Of a DNA stretch of 64,000 bases, positions 9,569 through 19,675 are shown one piece after another (position 1 is the stretch's first letter; every line of letters begins with the position of its first letter). Location of the stretch: the NCBI GenBank assembly GCA_041640295.1, contig JBEQAR010000002.1, positions 38,101-102,100 on the forward strand, written 5' to 3'. Source of the DNA: a bacterium. GTDB lineage: Bacteria > Patescibacteriota > Minisyncoccia > UBA6257 > HR35. The position numbers and the translations under genes are program-made. The notes under the pieces were generated by a model that did no database searches, was not told where the DNA came from, and was given only the letters and a program-made list of their open reading frames with translations.

Positions 9569-10126
9569 ATGGAAAAAAAATTAAAAATAGTAATTTCCGG
9601 AGCAGCTGAAACCTCTCATTGCTCTGAAAAAGTTAATGAATTTGCTTATGAAATCGGTAAATATTTGGCAATGAACGATGTGATTACTATTACTGGGGCA
9701 ACAACTGGATCACCTTTTTGGGCAGCTAAGGGAGCATTTGAAAATGGCGGATATGTAATTGGTGTCTCTCCAGCAATAGATGAAAAAGAACATATAGAAG
9801 TCTATAATTTGCCAACAGATTATCATCATTTAATTTTTTATACTGGTTTTGGCCATTCTCTAAGAAATTTAATTTTGGTTAGATCTGGTGATGGAGTAAT
9901 ATTTGTTTGTGGTAGAACCGGAACACTGAATGAGTTTGTTATTTCTTATGAAGAAAAAAAACCAATGGGTATTTTATTAAATTCTGGTGGAGAGGAAAAA
10001 TATATGGCAGAGATTGTTAAAGAATCTCATAAAGAGCATAACAAAATAATTTGGGAATCAGATCCTCAAAAATTAGTTGAGAAAATTATTAATTTAATTA
10101 AAAATGAGCGATATTCCAATAATTGA
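9569..10126 (+). CDS. LOG/SLOG family nucleotide-binding protein
   Basis: TGATTG...AAKGA...RN...GRTGTLNEF. Confidence 0.85.
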   Translation: MEKKLKIVISGAAETSHCSEKVNEFAYEIGKYLAMNDVITITGATTGSPFWAAKGAFENGGYVIGVSPAIDEKEHIEVYNLPTDYHHLIFYTGFGHSLRNLILVRSGDGVIFVCGRTGTLNEFVISYEEKKPMGILLNSGGEEKYMAEIVKESHKEHNKIIWESDPQKLVEKIINLIKNERYSNN

Positions 10127-10523
10127 AATTATTTATCGATTAATTTTAGGAGCAACCATTGGTGCGATTATCGGCGCTGAAAGAAGTTTTTTTCATAAAC
10201 AAGCAGGCTTAAGAACTTTTTCTTTAGTTTGTTTAGGAGCAACCTTGTTTTCGTTAATTGCTCTTAAATTTTCACCAGATGCCAGTTCAAGAATTTTAGC
10301 TAATATTGTTATTGGTATTGGTTTTTTGGGGGGTGGTTTAATTTATTTCTATCAAGAAAAACTTCAAGGAGCAACAACGGCTGCTGCTTTGTGGGTAACA
10401 GCTTCTTTAGGTAGTGCTATTGGTTTAGGATTATATCTTGAAACTTTTTTAGTCGCCTTCTTGGTTGTTCTGATTCTTGCTTTTTTGCCTTATTTAGAAA
10501 AGAAAATTTCTAATGAGAAATAA
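10104..10523 (+). CDS. MgtC/SapB family membrane protein
   Basis: IGAER...AGLRTF...GIGFLGGG...TTAAALW. Confidence 0.92.
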   Translation: MSDIPIIEIIYRLILGATIGAIIGAERSFFHKQAGLRTFSLVCLGATLFSLIALKFSPDASSRILANIVIGIGFLGGGLIYFYQEKLQGATTAAALWVTASLGSAIGLGLYLETFLVAFLVVLILAFLPYLEKKISNEK

Positions 10524-11607
10524 TTTGATTTATGGTTCTTTAATATTGATTAGCACAATTGTTGGTTTAGGAATTTTTACCCTACCTTATATTGCTAAAG
10601 AATCAGGTATATTTTTTTATTTTTGGTTAATTTTTATTCCATTTTTGATTTTTATTTTACATTTAATTTATGGTGAAATAATTTTTCAGGTTGAAGAAAA
10701 ACACAATTTACCAACTTTGGTGGCTAAAATAATTAATCCGAAATTTAAAACCCCGGTTTGGTTTTTTGATTTTGTTGGACTAACGATGGTTTTTATTGTT
10801 TATTTAATAGCAATTAACCAAATTTTAAAAGAAGTTTTTATTATTAATCTTAATTTTAAATTGCTTTGCTCCATTATTATTAGTTTTTTGATTATTTTTA
10901 GAAATAATATATTTGCTAAAGTCGATTCAATTTTGTCGTTTTTATTAATCTTCTTTTTTCTTTTTTTCTTTTTTTATAGTTTTCCGAAAATCAATATTAG
11001 CAATCTTTTACCTCAAGAAAATAATTTCTGGTTAAGTTACGGAGTAATACTTTTTTCATTTGCCGGTTATCAATCTTTGCAGATTATTTATGATCTAATA
11101 GGAAAAAATAAAAAATCTTTTTTAAAAGTAAATTTAATAAGTTTAATTATAGTTTTTTTAATCTATTTACTTTATGTCATTTCAACCCTCGGTTTAGCAG
11201 GAGAGAATATCCCTCCGCTCAGTATAATTTTTTTATTAAACTATTTGGAGAATCTTTATCTTGATTACTTTATTTTAGTTCTCTTCCTTTTAAGTATTTT
11301 AACAACCTTTGTTTCCTTAGCTTATTATCTTAAAAGAGGATTAATTGCTGATTTTAATTTAAATGAAAAATTATCTTGGTTGATTATTAGCCTTTTAATT
11401 GTATTACTTAGTTTCTATAATTTAGATAATTTGATAAGAATAATTAGATTAATAGGTAGTTTATTTATTGGTATCAATTTAATTCTTATTATGGTTTGTT
11501 ATCTTAAATTAAAAAATTTATACTATTTTAAATTTTCTAAAATAATTATTTATTTGTTGATTGTAATTTTTGGTTTAGGTTGGTTGTTCAACTTATTAGT
11601 TGAGTAA
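10513..11607 (+). CDS. Amino-acid permease (aromatic amino acid transport family-like)
   Basis: TIVGLGIFTLPY N-terminal motif; about 11 hydrophobic segments. Confidence 0.75.
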   Translation: MRNNLIYGSLILISTIVGLGIFTLPYIAKESGIFFYFWLIFIPFLIFILHLIYGEIIFQVEEKHNLPTLVAKIINPKFKTPVWFFDFVGLTMVFIVYLIAINQILKEVFIINLNFKLLCSIIISFLIIFRNNIFAKVDSILSFLLIFFFLFFFFYSFPKINISNLLPQENNFWLSYGVILFSFAGYQSLQIIYDLIGKNKKSFLKVNLISLIIVFLIYLLYVISTLGLAGENIPPLSIIFLLNYLENLYLDYFILVLFLLSILTTFVSLAYYLKRGLIADFNLNEKLSWLIISLLIVLLSFYNLDNLIRIIRLIGSLFIGINLILIMVCYLKLKNLYYFKFSKIIIYLLIVIFGLGWLFNLLVE

Positions 11608-11630
11608 GCTGTGATATAATTAATATTTAA

Positions 11631-11703
11631 GGGCTCGTAGCTCAGTTGGTAGAGCACTGCTATGGCATGGCAGGGGTCGCGGGTTCGAGTCCCGCCGAGT
11701 CCA
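11631..11703 (+). tRNA. tRNA-Ala(GGC)
   Basis: Cloverleaf; anticodon loop ATGGCAT; G3:U70 pair. Confidence 0.93.
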
Positions 11704-11744
11704 CAAAATTTTAATTTATTTTAAATAAAATAATAATCAATAAG

Positions 11745-11818
11745 CGGGGTGTGGCCTAACGGATTAAGGCGCTTGGTTTGGGACCAAGAGATTGTGGGTT
11801 CGAATCCCACCACCCCGA
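11745..11818 (+). tRNA. tRNA-Pro(TGG)
   Basis: CTTGG-TTTGGGA-CCAAG anticodon arm; GTTCGAATC T-loop. Confidence 0.95.
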
Positions 11819-11964
11819 GTTTTATTTTGTCTCTTTATTTTTAAATATTTTTTTGATATAATTTAATATATATTAAAAATAAACTAATAAGTTATTCAAT
11901 CATAATATTTAATTAGCAATAAACAAAAATTGCGAAGGTTTATTTTATTTTACCAAAATAAATA

Positions 11965-12171
11965 ATGAAAAAAGAAGTTGTTGAAGGTATAGTTATTGAA
12001 AATCTTCCCGATACTACTTTTAGAGTTAGATTAGAAAATGGTAATGAAGTGTTGGCTTATTTGTCGGGAAAGATGAGAGTTAACTATATTAAAATTGTGC
12101 CAGGAGATGAAGTAGTTGTTGAACTATCTCCTTATGATAAAACGCGAGGAAGAATAATTAAAAGAAAATAA
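11965..12171 (+). CDS. infA: Translation initiation factor IF-1
   Basis: LAYLSGKMR...[16 protein letters not shown]. Confidence 0.97.
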   Translation: MKKEVVEGIVIENLPDTTFRVRLENGNEVLAYLSGKMRVNYIKIVPGDEVVVELSPYDKTRGRIIKRK

Positions 12172-12177
12172 TCAAAA

Positions 12178-12291
12178 ATGAAAGTAACAACTTCAGTTAA
12201 AAAAAGGTGTAATAAATGTAAGGTCGTTAGAAGAAATAAGAGAATTTATATTATTTGTGAAAATCCAAAACACAAACAAAGACAAGGATAA
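12178..12291 (+). CDS. rpmJ: 50S ribosomal protein bL36
   Basis: Hand translation [37 protein letters not shown]. Confidence 0.97.
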   Translation: MKVTTSVKKRCNKCKVVRRNKRIYIICENPKHKQRQG

Positions 12292-12674
12292 TGGTTAGAA
12301 TAGCTGGTTCAGAAATTCCTAATGAGAAAAGATTAAAATTTTCTTTACCATATATTTATGGGATTGGTGTTAGTTTGGCAGAAAAAATTTGCCAAGAATT
12401 AAACATTGATCCAATGAAAAAAACTGCAGATTTGACTCCAGAAGAAATTGGTAAGATAGAAAAGTACATTGATGATAATCTAAAAATTGGTAATGAACTT
12501 AAAAGAGAAATTCAAACAAATATTAAAAGATTAATTGAAATAAATTGCTATCGTGGCTTAAGACATAAAAGAAAATTACCAGTCAGAGGACAAAGAACTA
12601 GAACTAATGCTCGTACCAGAAAGGGTCCAAGAAAAACAGTCGGATCAGGAAGAGTAAAAATCACTAAAAAATAA
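12291..12674 (+). CDS. rpsM: 30S ribosomal protein uS13
   Basis: YRGLRH...LPVRGQRTRTNARTRKG. Confidence 0.98.
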   Translation: MVRIAGSEIPNEKRLKFSLPYIYGIGVSLAEKICQELNIDPMKKTADLTPEEIGKIEKYIDDNLKIGNELKREIQTNIKRLIEINCYRGLRHKRKLPVRGQRTRTNARTRKGPRKTVGSGRVKITKK

Positions 12675-13108
12675 TGGGTAAAACAAGGACAAAATTAGTT
12701 GAAGGAGGAGAAGTAAAAGAAGTTAAGAAAGAAAAAACCAAAAAAAGCAAGAAAAAATATTTAGATTTAGGTATTTTTTATATTAATGCTAATTTAAATA
12801 ATACATTAATAACTTTTACTGATGCTCAAGGAAATGTTTTAAAATGGTCATCTGCTGGTCATATCGGTTTTAAAAATACAAAAAAATCAACACCTTATGC
12901 TGGAGCAAAAGCTGCTGAGGGGTTAATTAATAAAATTAAAGAATTTTTTGATGTTAATGAAGTTAAGGTAATCGTTAAGGGTATTGGACCGGGTCGAGAA
13001 TCGGCTTTAAGAATTATTTTTAATTCTGATTTTAATATAACCGCTGTCGAAGATCGGACACCCATTCCTTTTGGTGGTCCGACACCACCCAAACCAAGAA
13101 GTGTTTAA
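12674..13108 (+). CDS. rpsK: 30S ribosomal protein uS11
   Basis: NNTLIT...KKSTPYA...GPGRESA...DRTPIP. Confidence 0.97.
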   Translation: MGKTRTKLVEGGEVKEVKKEKTKKSKKKYLDLGIFYINANLNNTLITFTDAQGNVLKWSSAGHIGFKNTKKSTPYAGAKAAEGLINKIKEFFDVNEVKVIVKGIGPGRESALRIIFNSDFNITAVEDRTPIPFGGPTPPKPRSV

Positions 13109-13110
13109 AA

Positions 13111-13728
13111 ATGAAAATCGAAGCTAAGTGTAAAATTTGCCGAAGATTAGGACAAAAACTTTTATGGAATGAACGATGTGCTTCTGGTAAATGTGCTTTA
13201 AGTCGAAGAAGAGTTAGACCAGGAATGCATGGTTATAAACCAAGAACTCTTTCAGATTACGCTCGACAATTAATTGAAAAGCAAAAATTAAGATATTTTT
13301 ATATTTTGAAAGAAAATCAATTAAAAAATATTTTTGAAAAGGCAAAAAAACTTAAAGAACCACTTCCTTCAGCAATAATTAAAATTTTAGAAAGCAAATT
13401 GGATATTGTTATTTGGAGATTAGGTTATACAAGCTCTAAACTTCAAGCCAGACAATTAGTTAATCATGGTCATTTTTTAGTTAATGGTGAAAAAGTTAAC
13501 ATCCCCACTTATTTTTTAAAACCAGGTGATATTATTGAGATTAAACCGAAAAGTAAAAATTTGGCTATCTTTAAAGACTTAAATAAAAAATTAAAATCTT
13601 ATCAAATACCTTCTTGGTTAAAAATAAATTTCGATAATTTAACTGGAGAATTTAATCGCTATCCTGAATTAGAAGAGGTAAATTTACCTTTTGATATTCA
13701 ATTAGCTTTACAACTTTATGGTAAATAG
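13111..13728 (+). CDS. rpsD: 30S ribosomal protein uS4
   Basis: CKICRR...EKQKLR...ARQLVNHGH. Confidence 0.97.
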   Translation: MKIEAKCKICRRLGQKLLWNERCASGKCALSRRRVRPGMHGYKPRTLSDYARQLIEKQKLRYFYILKENQLKNIFEKAKKLKEPLPSAIIKILESKLDIVIWRLGYTSSKLQARQLVNHGHFLVNGEKVNIPTYFLKPGDIIEIKPKSKNLAIFKDLNKKLKSYQIPSWLKINFDNLTGEFNRYPELEEVNLPFDIQLALQLYGK

Positions 13729-13755
13729 TCGAACTTAAAAATTAAAATTTTAACA

Positions 13756-14454
13756 ATGATAAAAGAAATTATTATCCCAGACAATTTTAAAATAGTCTCA
13801 CTGGAAAAAAATAAAGGTATATTTGAGATTTACCCTCTTTATCCTGGATATGGAATAACTATTGGTAATTCTTTAAGAAGAGTTTTGCTTTCTTCGATCA
13901 AAGGATCAGCAATTACTACTGTTCATATCGATGGGGTATTGCATGAATTTTCTACGCTGCCAGGAGTATTAGAAGATGTTTTAGATATTATTTTGAGAAT
14001 AAAGCATATTAGGGTAAAATATTTAGGCGATGATAGTGTTGAATTGGAATTAAATAAAAAAGGCGAAGGTGAAGTTTTTGCTTCTGATATTAAATGCCCT
14101 GTTGGTGTTGAAATTGTTAATAAAGACCATCTAATTGCTACTTTAACTTCAAAAGATGCCGAATTAAAAATGAAACTAATTGTAGAAAGAGGTTGTGGTT
14201 ATTCACCTGCTGAGGAAAGAGAAAAAGAAAGAGTTGAACCGGGCACTTTAGTTTTAGATGCAATTTTTTCACCGATTACTAATGTTACTTATGAAGTAGA
14301 AAATATTGTTTATAAAGAGCGAGCTGATTACAATTTATTAAGATTAGTAATTGAAACTGATGGAAGTATTGATCCTGTTGATGCTCTTAAAGAAGCTACG
14401 GGCGTTTTAATTAAACATTTTTCTGTTATCAATGAGGCATTTGGTCAAAACTAA
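13756..14454 (+). CDS. rpoA: RNA polymerase alpha subunit (N-terminal domain only)
   Basis: GITIGNSLRRVLLSSI, HEFSTLPGVLED, DAIFSPI; 232 aa; stop overlaps rplQ. Confidence 0.96.
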   Translation: MIKEIIIPDNFKIVSLEKNKGIFEIYPLYPGYGITIGNSLRRVLLSSIKGSAITTVHIDGVLHEFSTLPGVLEDVLDIILRIKHIRVKYLGDDSVELELNKKGEGEVFASDIKCPVGVEIVNKDHLIATLTSKDAELKMKLIVERGCGYSPAEEREKERVEPGTLVLDAIFSPITNVTYEVENIVYKERADYNLLRLVIETDGSIDPVDALKEATGVLIKHFSVINEAFGQN

Positions 14455-14782
14455 AAAATTCCATAGAAAGAGAGACCAAAGAAAAGCTTTGTTTAAAATT
14501 TTAGCTCACCATTTGATTATGAAAGAAAAAATAAAAACGACAACAGCTAAAGCTAAATATTTAAAAAGAAAAGTAGAAAAATTAATAACCAAAGCAAAAA
14601 AACAAGATTTAAGTACTTTAAGATTATTGTTAAGTCGATTGCCTAAAAAATCTGCTTATAAATTATTTTATGAAATTGCCCCTCGTTATCAAGAAAGAAA
14701 CGGTGGGTATTTAAGAGTAGTTAAATTACCATTAAAAAGATTAAAAGACGGAGCGGAATTAAGTATTATTGAATTTGTTTAA
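14432..14782 (+). CDS. rplQ: 50S ribosomal protein bL17
   Basis: MRH...IKTTTAKAK...RNGGYLR. Confidence 0.96.
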   Translation: MRHLVKTKKFHRKRDQRKALFKILAHHLIMKEKIKTTTAKAKYLKRKVEKLITKAKKQDLSTLRLLLSRLPKKSAYKLFYEIAPRYQERNGGYLRVVKLPLKRLKDGAELSIIEFV

Positions 14783-15072
14783 TGTTAGTTATTAGATTTC
14801 AACCAGTAGGAAAAAAACATCAAAAAATTTTTAGAATTGTTTTACAAGAAAAAAGAAGTAAATTGTCTGGAAAAGTGATTAAAAAATTAGGTTGGTGGGA
14901 TCCAAGAATAAAAAAAGGAGAATTTAATTCTGATTTAATAAGATTTTATATTCAAAATGGTGCTCAAGTTTCTGATAGTGTTTGGAATTTATTAATTAAG
15001 AAAAAGGTTATTGAGGGTAAAAAAAGAAAAATAACTATTAAAAGCAAGAAAAATAAAGATGAAAACTCCTAA
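14782..15072 (+). CDS. rpsP: 30S ribosomal protein bS16
   Basis: MLVIRF..GKK...FRIV...GAQVSDSV. Confidence 0.92.
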   Translation: MLVIRFQPVGKKHQKIFRIVLQEKRSKLSGKVIKKLGWWDPRIKKGEFNSDLIRFYIQNGAQVSDSVWNLLIKKKVIEGKKRKITIKSKKNKDENS

Positions 15073-16348
15073 AATTTTAAAATCAGAATCAGGTTTAACT
15101 TATTTGCTTTATTCATCTAATGAGCTGAATACAGCCACTGTTTTAGTTTTAGTTAAAACTGGCACTGATTATGAAACAAAAAATTTAAATGGCATTTCCC
15201 ATTTCATTGAACATTTGTTTTTTAAAGGAACAACAACTTACCCTTCACCCAAAATTTTGGGTTTAGAATTAGATAAAATTGGAGCTGAATATAATGCTTT
15301 TACTTCTTATGAATATACCGGTTATTATATAAAAACCTTACCCGAATATTTAGAAAGAGCAATTTACTTAATCTCTGATATTCTTAATAATCCCCTTTTC
15401 GACCAGTCAGAATTAGAAAAAGAAAGGGGAGTTATTTTAGAAGAAATTAATTTTCACTATGATACACCAACTAGTTTTGTTTTTGATGAAACTCTTAAGT
15501 TAGCTTATGGTGATCAACCAGCTGGTTGGCCAATATTAGGTAATAAGCAAACTCTTACGAGAATTAATCAAAAGGAAATAAAAAATTATTTTCGCTCTAA
15601 CTATACTACTAAGAATACTTTAATAGTTATTGTTGGGAATTTTAATATTAAAAAAATTAATAAAAAATTTTTAGATCAAGCTTTTAAAAATTATTCTAAA
15701 ACTAAACCACCAACTAAATATAAATTTCAAGAAAAACTTTCTGGTCCTAAAATGAAAACGATTAAAAGAAATGATATTAAGCAAAGTCATTTAATCTTAC
15801 TTTTTAAAACTAACGGTTTACAAAAATTAAAAAAAAGAAGATTTTCTTTAAGTTTATTAACCAGTATTTTGGGTTACGGTTTTAGTTCAAGAATGTTTGT
15901 TATATTACGAGAAGAATTAGGTATTACTTATTATGTTAGAGTGAATAATGATTTTTACACTGATCGTGGATATCTTTATATTCAAACTGGATCAACTATT
16001 GAAAAAACTAATTTAACTTTTGAAAAAATTATCAATGAATTAGTTAAATTAAAAAAAGAAAAATTATCTGCCGAAGAGATAGAAAAAGCTAAAGCTTTAT
16101 TAGAATCATCAATTCTTTTTACTGCTGAATCATCGCTTCCTATTGCTTTGTTTTATGGATTAGAGTATTTATTAAATAATAGGATTATTTTACCTCAAGA
16201 TTACCTTAAACAAATTAAAGCTATTAAGGAAAATGAAGTAAAAAGAGAAATTTATGATTGGTTACATAAGAAAAATTTAATATCCGTTATTTTGAGTTCT
16301 CAAGATTTTCAACCACAGCCTTTTTTAAAAACAATTAATAAATTATAA
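15059..16348 (+). CDS. M16 family zinc peptidase
   Basis: HFIEH inverted HxxEH motif; NAFTS; EKERGVILEE. Confidence 0.93.
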   Translation: MKTPKILKSESGLTYLLYSSNELNTATVLVLVKTGTDYETKNLNGISHFIEHLFFKGTTTYPSPKILGLELDKIGAEYNAFTSYEYTGYYIKTLPEYLERAIYLISDILNNPLFDQSELEKERGVILEEINFHYDTPTSFVFDETLKLAYGDQPAGWPILGNKQTLTRINQKEIKNYFRSNYTTKNTLIVIVGNFNIKKINKKFLDQAFKNYSKTKPPTKYKFQEKLSGPKMKTIKRNDIKQSHLILLFKTNGLQKLKKRRFSLSLLTSILGYGFSSRMFVILREELGITYYVRVNNDFYTDRGYLYIQTGSTIEKTNLTFEKIINELVKLKKEKLSAEEIEKAKALLESSILFTAESSLPIALFYGLEYLLNNRIILPQDYLKQIKAIKENEVKREIYDWLHKKNLISVILSSQDFQPQPFLKTINKL

Positions 16349-16361
16349 TTATTTCTGAACA

Positions 16362-16628
16362 ATGCCTATAACCAAATCAGCAAAAAAAGAATTAAGAAAA
16401 AATTTAAAGAGAAGACTGAGAAATTTAGAAAAAAGAAGATTAATCAAAAAAACAATTAAGAATTTTTATCAAGCTTTGATGAATAAAAATAAAGAAGAGG
16501 CAGAAAAACTGTTGACTTTATGTTATAAATATCTTGATAAAGCAAGCAAAACTTTTCTTCATAAAAATAAAGCCTCGCGCTTAAAATCTAAATTAGCAAA
16601 AAAATTTAATCTAACTTTTAATAAATAA
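16362..16628 (+). CDS. rpsT: 30S ribosomal protein bS20
   Basis: MPITKSAKK...LDKA...HKNKASRLKSKL. Confidence 0.96.
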   Translation: MPITKSAKKELRKNLKRRLRNLEKRRLIKKTIKNFYQALMNKNKEEAEKLLTLCYKYLDKASKTFLHKNKASRLKSKLAKKFNLTFNK

Positions 16629-17832
16629 CTTTTTTATTAACCAATAAACCCCTTTGATCATAAATTTTTATTTCATCATATTTGTTCTGGGTAAAAGTAG
16701 TAATATCAGGAATAAAGATAAACCAGTCTTTTAAGTAAAAATTTGAATCATTTTTTCTATTTTGATAACAGCCTTGATAAGTGTAATTATTTTCGAAAAA
16801 TCTATAACAACTTGAATCAAAATCAATTTTTAGCCAGTCTTGAGGTTTAGGTCCAGAACAGGGAATTTTTTCTAAAATATTTAAACAATTATTAGATAGC
16901 CGATATTTATATTTAATCTCAAGTAATTGTTGTTTAGTTAATCTTTCACAAGGAAAAACAAAATTTTTTAAATATGGTTTTAATTCCCCTCTCGATTCGG
17001 CTAAATATTTAAAACATTTGTTTAATTTAAAGTTATATCCTAAGGGCGAATTATAAAGATTAGAATAAATAATTGCGCGTTCTCCTGGATTAAGAAGAAT
17101 ATTTTCTAATTTAATATTTAAATCAGGAGGAATATCTTTTACTGCCTGAGGAATAAAAAAATTAGCTCTAGAAGAAATAATACGCCAACCAGTTAGATTA
17201 ATTTGATTTTTACTTTTATTTTTAAGAATTATTTGGTCTTTTTTAAAATTGATATCAATGCTAATATCTTGATAAAAAGGAGAAATATTGGTATAAAGAT
17301 AAGCAACAGCTGGTGTTGGATCAATTTCATAATTTTTATTAATTGCTCGAACATAGATAGTGTAGAAATTTGTTCCTTTGGGCAAGGAAAATCTTCTTTG
17401 TTGACCATATAATTTTTGCCACTCAGTATGAATTGGCTCTATTTTATATTCGAAATATATTCTTTCTAAGGGATTCTTTTTATTTTGTCCAGAAACAACT
17501 AAATCAAAAATATTATTTTCTAATATTGTTAAAGGTAGGGGGTTAATTATGGAGGTTTCTAAATTTTTATTTGGTTTATATTTTGCTTTTGATTGAGCAT
17601 AAACTTTATTTAAAAATAAATAAGGTAATTTCTCTTTTGGTTTATTTTTTTCAAAATCAAAAAAAGTTCCCCTTGGTAAAACCCCTCGCTCTGCTGGTTC
17701 AATATTTTTTTTAGTTTTAAAAACAGGCACCGAGCCAGTTTTAAATTGGAAATAATAAATAACTAAAGATAAAAATAGGAGAATATAGACTATGCTGATA
17801 ATCAAGCTTTCTAATTGTCCCTTATTTTTCAT
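16618..17832 (-). CDS. Membrane-anchored protein with Ig-like and lamin-tail-like domains
   Basis: N-terminal TM helix; VRA..D.TPA Ig-like strand; I.LKN...INLTGW and D.I.IYD..G.LV lamin-tail-like motifs. Confidence 0.6.
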   Translation of the reverse strand: MKNKGQLESLIISIVYILLFLSLVIYYFQFKTGSVPVFKTKKNIEPAERGVLPRGTFFDFEKNKPKEKLPYLFLNKVYAQSKAKYKPNKNLETSIINPLPLTILENNIFDLVVSGQNKKNPLERIYFEYKIEPIHTEWQKLYGQQRRFSLPKGTNFYTIYVRAINKNYEIDPTPAVAYLYTNISPFYQDISIDINFKKDQIILKNKSKNQINLTGWRIISSRANFFIPQAVKDIPPDLNIKLENILLNPGERAIIYSNLYNSPLGYNFKLNKCFKYLAESRGELKPYLKNFVFPCERLTKQQLLEIKYKYRLSNNCLNILEKIPCSGPKPQDWLKIDFDSSCYRFFENNYTYQGCYQNRKNDSNFYLKDWFIFIPDITTFTQNKYDEIKIYDQRGLLVNKKVIY

Positions 17833-17957
17833 TAGAATTTTAAATTAAAATCTATTATAATTATTATCTATTGTCATTTTTCTTATTATTTAAATTATAA
17901 GCTTAAATTTTAATTGAATGAATTTTTGAATTAAGTATTTTAAAGCACAATTAAAAA

Positions 17958-19166
17958 ATGATTAATATTAAACAATTCCAAAATTTAATTGAAGAAATTA
18001 GTGAAGATAAGGATTTGAATGAAATAGAAGTTAAAGAAGCAATTTTAAGTGCGTTAGCTGCTGCCTATAAGAAAGATTTTCGTCATAAAGAAGAAAGAGT
18101 TGAGGGTAAATTAGATCCAAGTGGTCGATGGGTGGAATTTTATTTAGTAAAAACAGTTGTTGATGATAATGACCAAGAAATTAGATTTAATCCTTATCGA
18201 CATATTAGACTTTCTGAAGCAATGAAAATCAATCCAGGAATTAAGGTAGGTGATGAAATTAAATTACCACTGGAACCAAAAGATAATTTCAGTCGAGTAG
18301 CTACTCAGACAGCTAAACAAGTTATTTTACAGAAAATAAAAGAAATAAGTAAAAATAAAATTTACGAAGAATTTAAAGCAAAAGAAGGTAAGATTGTTTT
18401 AGGGGTTATTCAGAAAGTAGATAATAAAATGGTTTATGTTGATTTAGGAAAAACAATTGGTTATATGTTTCGCAGTGAGGCTATTCCTGGTGAATTTTAT
18501 CGAATCGGTAATCGAATGAGATTTTATGTTTATGCCGTAGAAAAAACTTCAAGAGGTGTAGAAGTTTATCTTTCGCGTTTTCATCCTTTATTTATTAGTT
18601 CAATCTTTGCTTTTGAAATTCCCGAAATAGCAGAAAATCAAATAGAAATTAAAAATATAGTTAGAATTCCTGGCGTAAGAACAAAAATTGCTGTAAAGTC
18701 TAATGTTGAAAACCTCGACCCTGTTGGTGCGTGTATCGGTCCAAAAGGAGTAAGGGTTTTAAGTATTTCTAACGAACTTAATGGAGAAAAAATTGATATT
18801 ATTTTATACTCTGATGATCCTGTTCAGTATGTGATTAATGCTCTTTCTCCAGCTAAAGTAATTAGCGCTGAGGTTTTACCAAAGAGAACAATTAAAGTTT
18901 ATGTTAGCGAAGATCAACTACCTATTGCTTTAGGAAAAAATGGTCAGAATATTAAATTAGCAGCAAAATTGACTGGTTGGCGAATTGATGTAAGATTAGC
19001 CGAAGAACCAGAAAAAGAAATTGAAGGAGGTGTTGCTGAGGTAGAAGAAAGCCAGCCAGAAAACAACACTCAACAATCCGAAGAAAGCATTCAAAAAGAT
19101 ATTTTAGAAACAACCGAAGAACCTAAAACTAATTCGGAGATTGATCAACAAGAGTCGATTAATTAA
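17958..19166 (+). CDS. nusA: Transcription factor NusA
   Basis: S1 and KH domains; DPVGACIG; GKNGQNIKLAAKLTGWRID. Confidence 0.97.
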   Translation: MINIKQFQNLIEEISEDKDLNEIEVKEAILSALAAAYKKDFRHKEERVEGKLDPSGRWVEFYLVKTVVDDNDQEIRFNPYRHIRLSEAMKINPGIKVGDEIKLPLEPKDNFSRVATQTAKQVILQKIKEISKNKIYEEFKAKEGKIVLGVIQKVDNKMVYVDLGKTIGYMFRSEAIPGEFYRIGNRMRFYVYAVEKTSRGVEVYLSRFHPLFISSIFAFEIPEIAENQIEIKNIVRIPGVRTKIAVKSNVENLDPVGACIGPKGVRVLSISNELNGEKIDIILYSDDPVQYVINALSPAKVISAEVLPKRTIKVYVSEDQLPIALGKNGQNIKLAAKLTGWRIDVRLAEEPEKEIEGGVAEVEESQPENNTQQSEESIQKDILETTEEPKTNSEIDQQESIN

Positions 19167-19183
19167 CTTTTTTAATTTTAAAA

Positions 19184-19660
19184 ATGGAGATCGATGTTTT
19201 TATTGAAATTTCTCAAAATAGTTCAATTAAATATGAATTAGATAAAGAAAAAAATATTTTAAGAGTTGATCGATTTTTATACACCGCTATGTTTTATCCT
19301 TTTAATTACGGTTTTATTCCAAATACTCAAGCAGAAGACAACGATCCCATCGATGTATTAGTTTTATCCTCTTTCCCTGTTTTGCCTGGAAGTTTAATAA
19401 AATGTCAACCAATTGGTGGTTTAGAAATGGAAGATGAGGCTGGTAAGGATGAAAAAATAATTGCTATCCCTTTAGCAAAAATCGATCCTTTTTGGCAAGA
19501 ATATCAAGAAATTTCTTTACTTCCAGAAAGTTATAAAAATCAAATTAAACACTTTTTTGAAAATTACAAAACATTAGAACCAGGGAAATGGGTAAAAATT
19601 AATAACTGGTTTAGTAAAGATAAAGCTATTGATTTAATCAATAAATATTCTAAAAAATAG
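19184..19660 (+). CDS. ppa: Inorganic pyrophosphatase
   Basis: YPFNYGFIP...DNDPIDV...DEKII. Confidence 0.96.
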   Translation: MEIDVFIEISQNSSIKYELDKEKNILRVDRFLYTAMFYPFNYGFIPNTQAEDNDPIDVLVLSSFPVLPGSLIKCQPIGGLEMEDEAGKDEKIIAIPLAKIDPFWQEYQEISLLPESYKNQIKHFFENYKTLEPGKWVKINNWFSKDKAIDLINKYSKK

Positions 19661-19675
19661 AATCTAAAAATAAAA

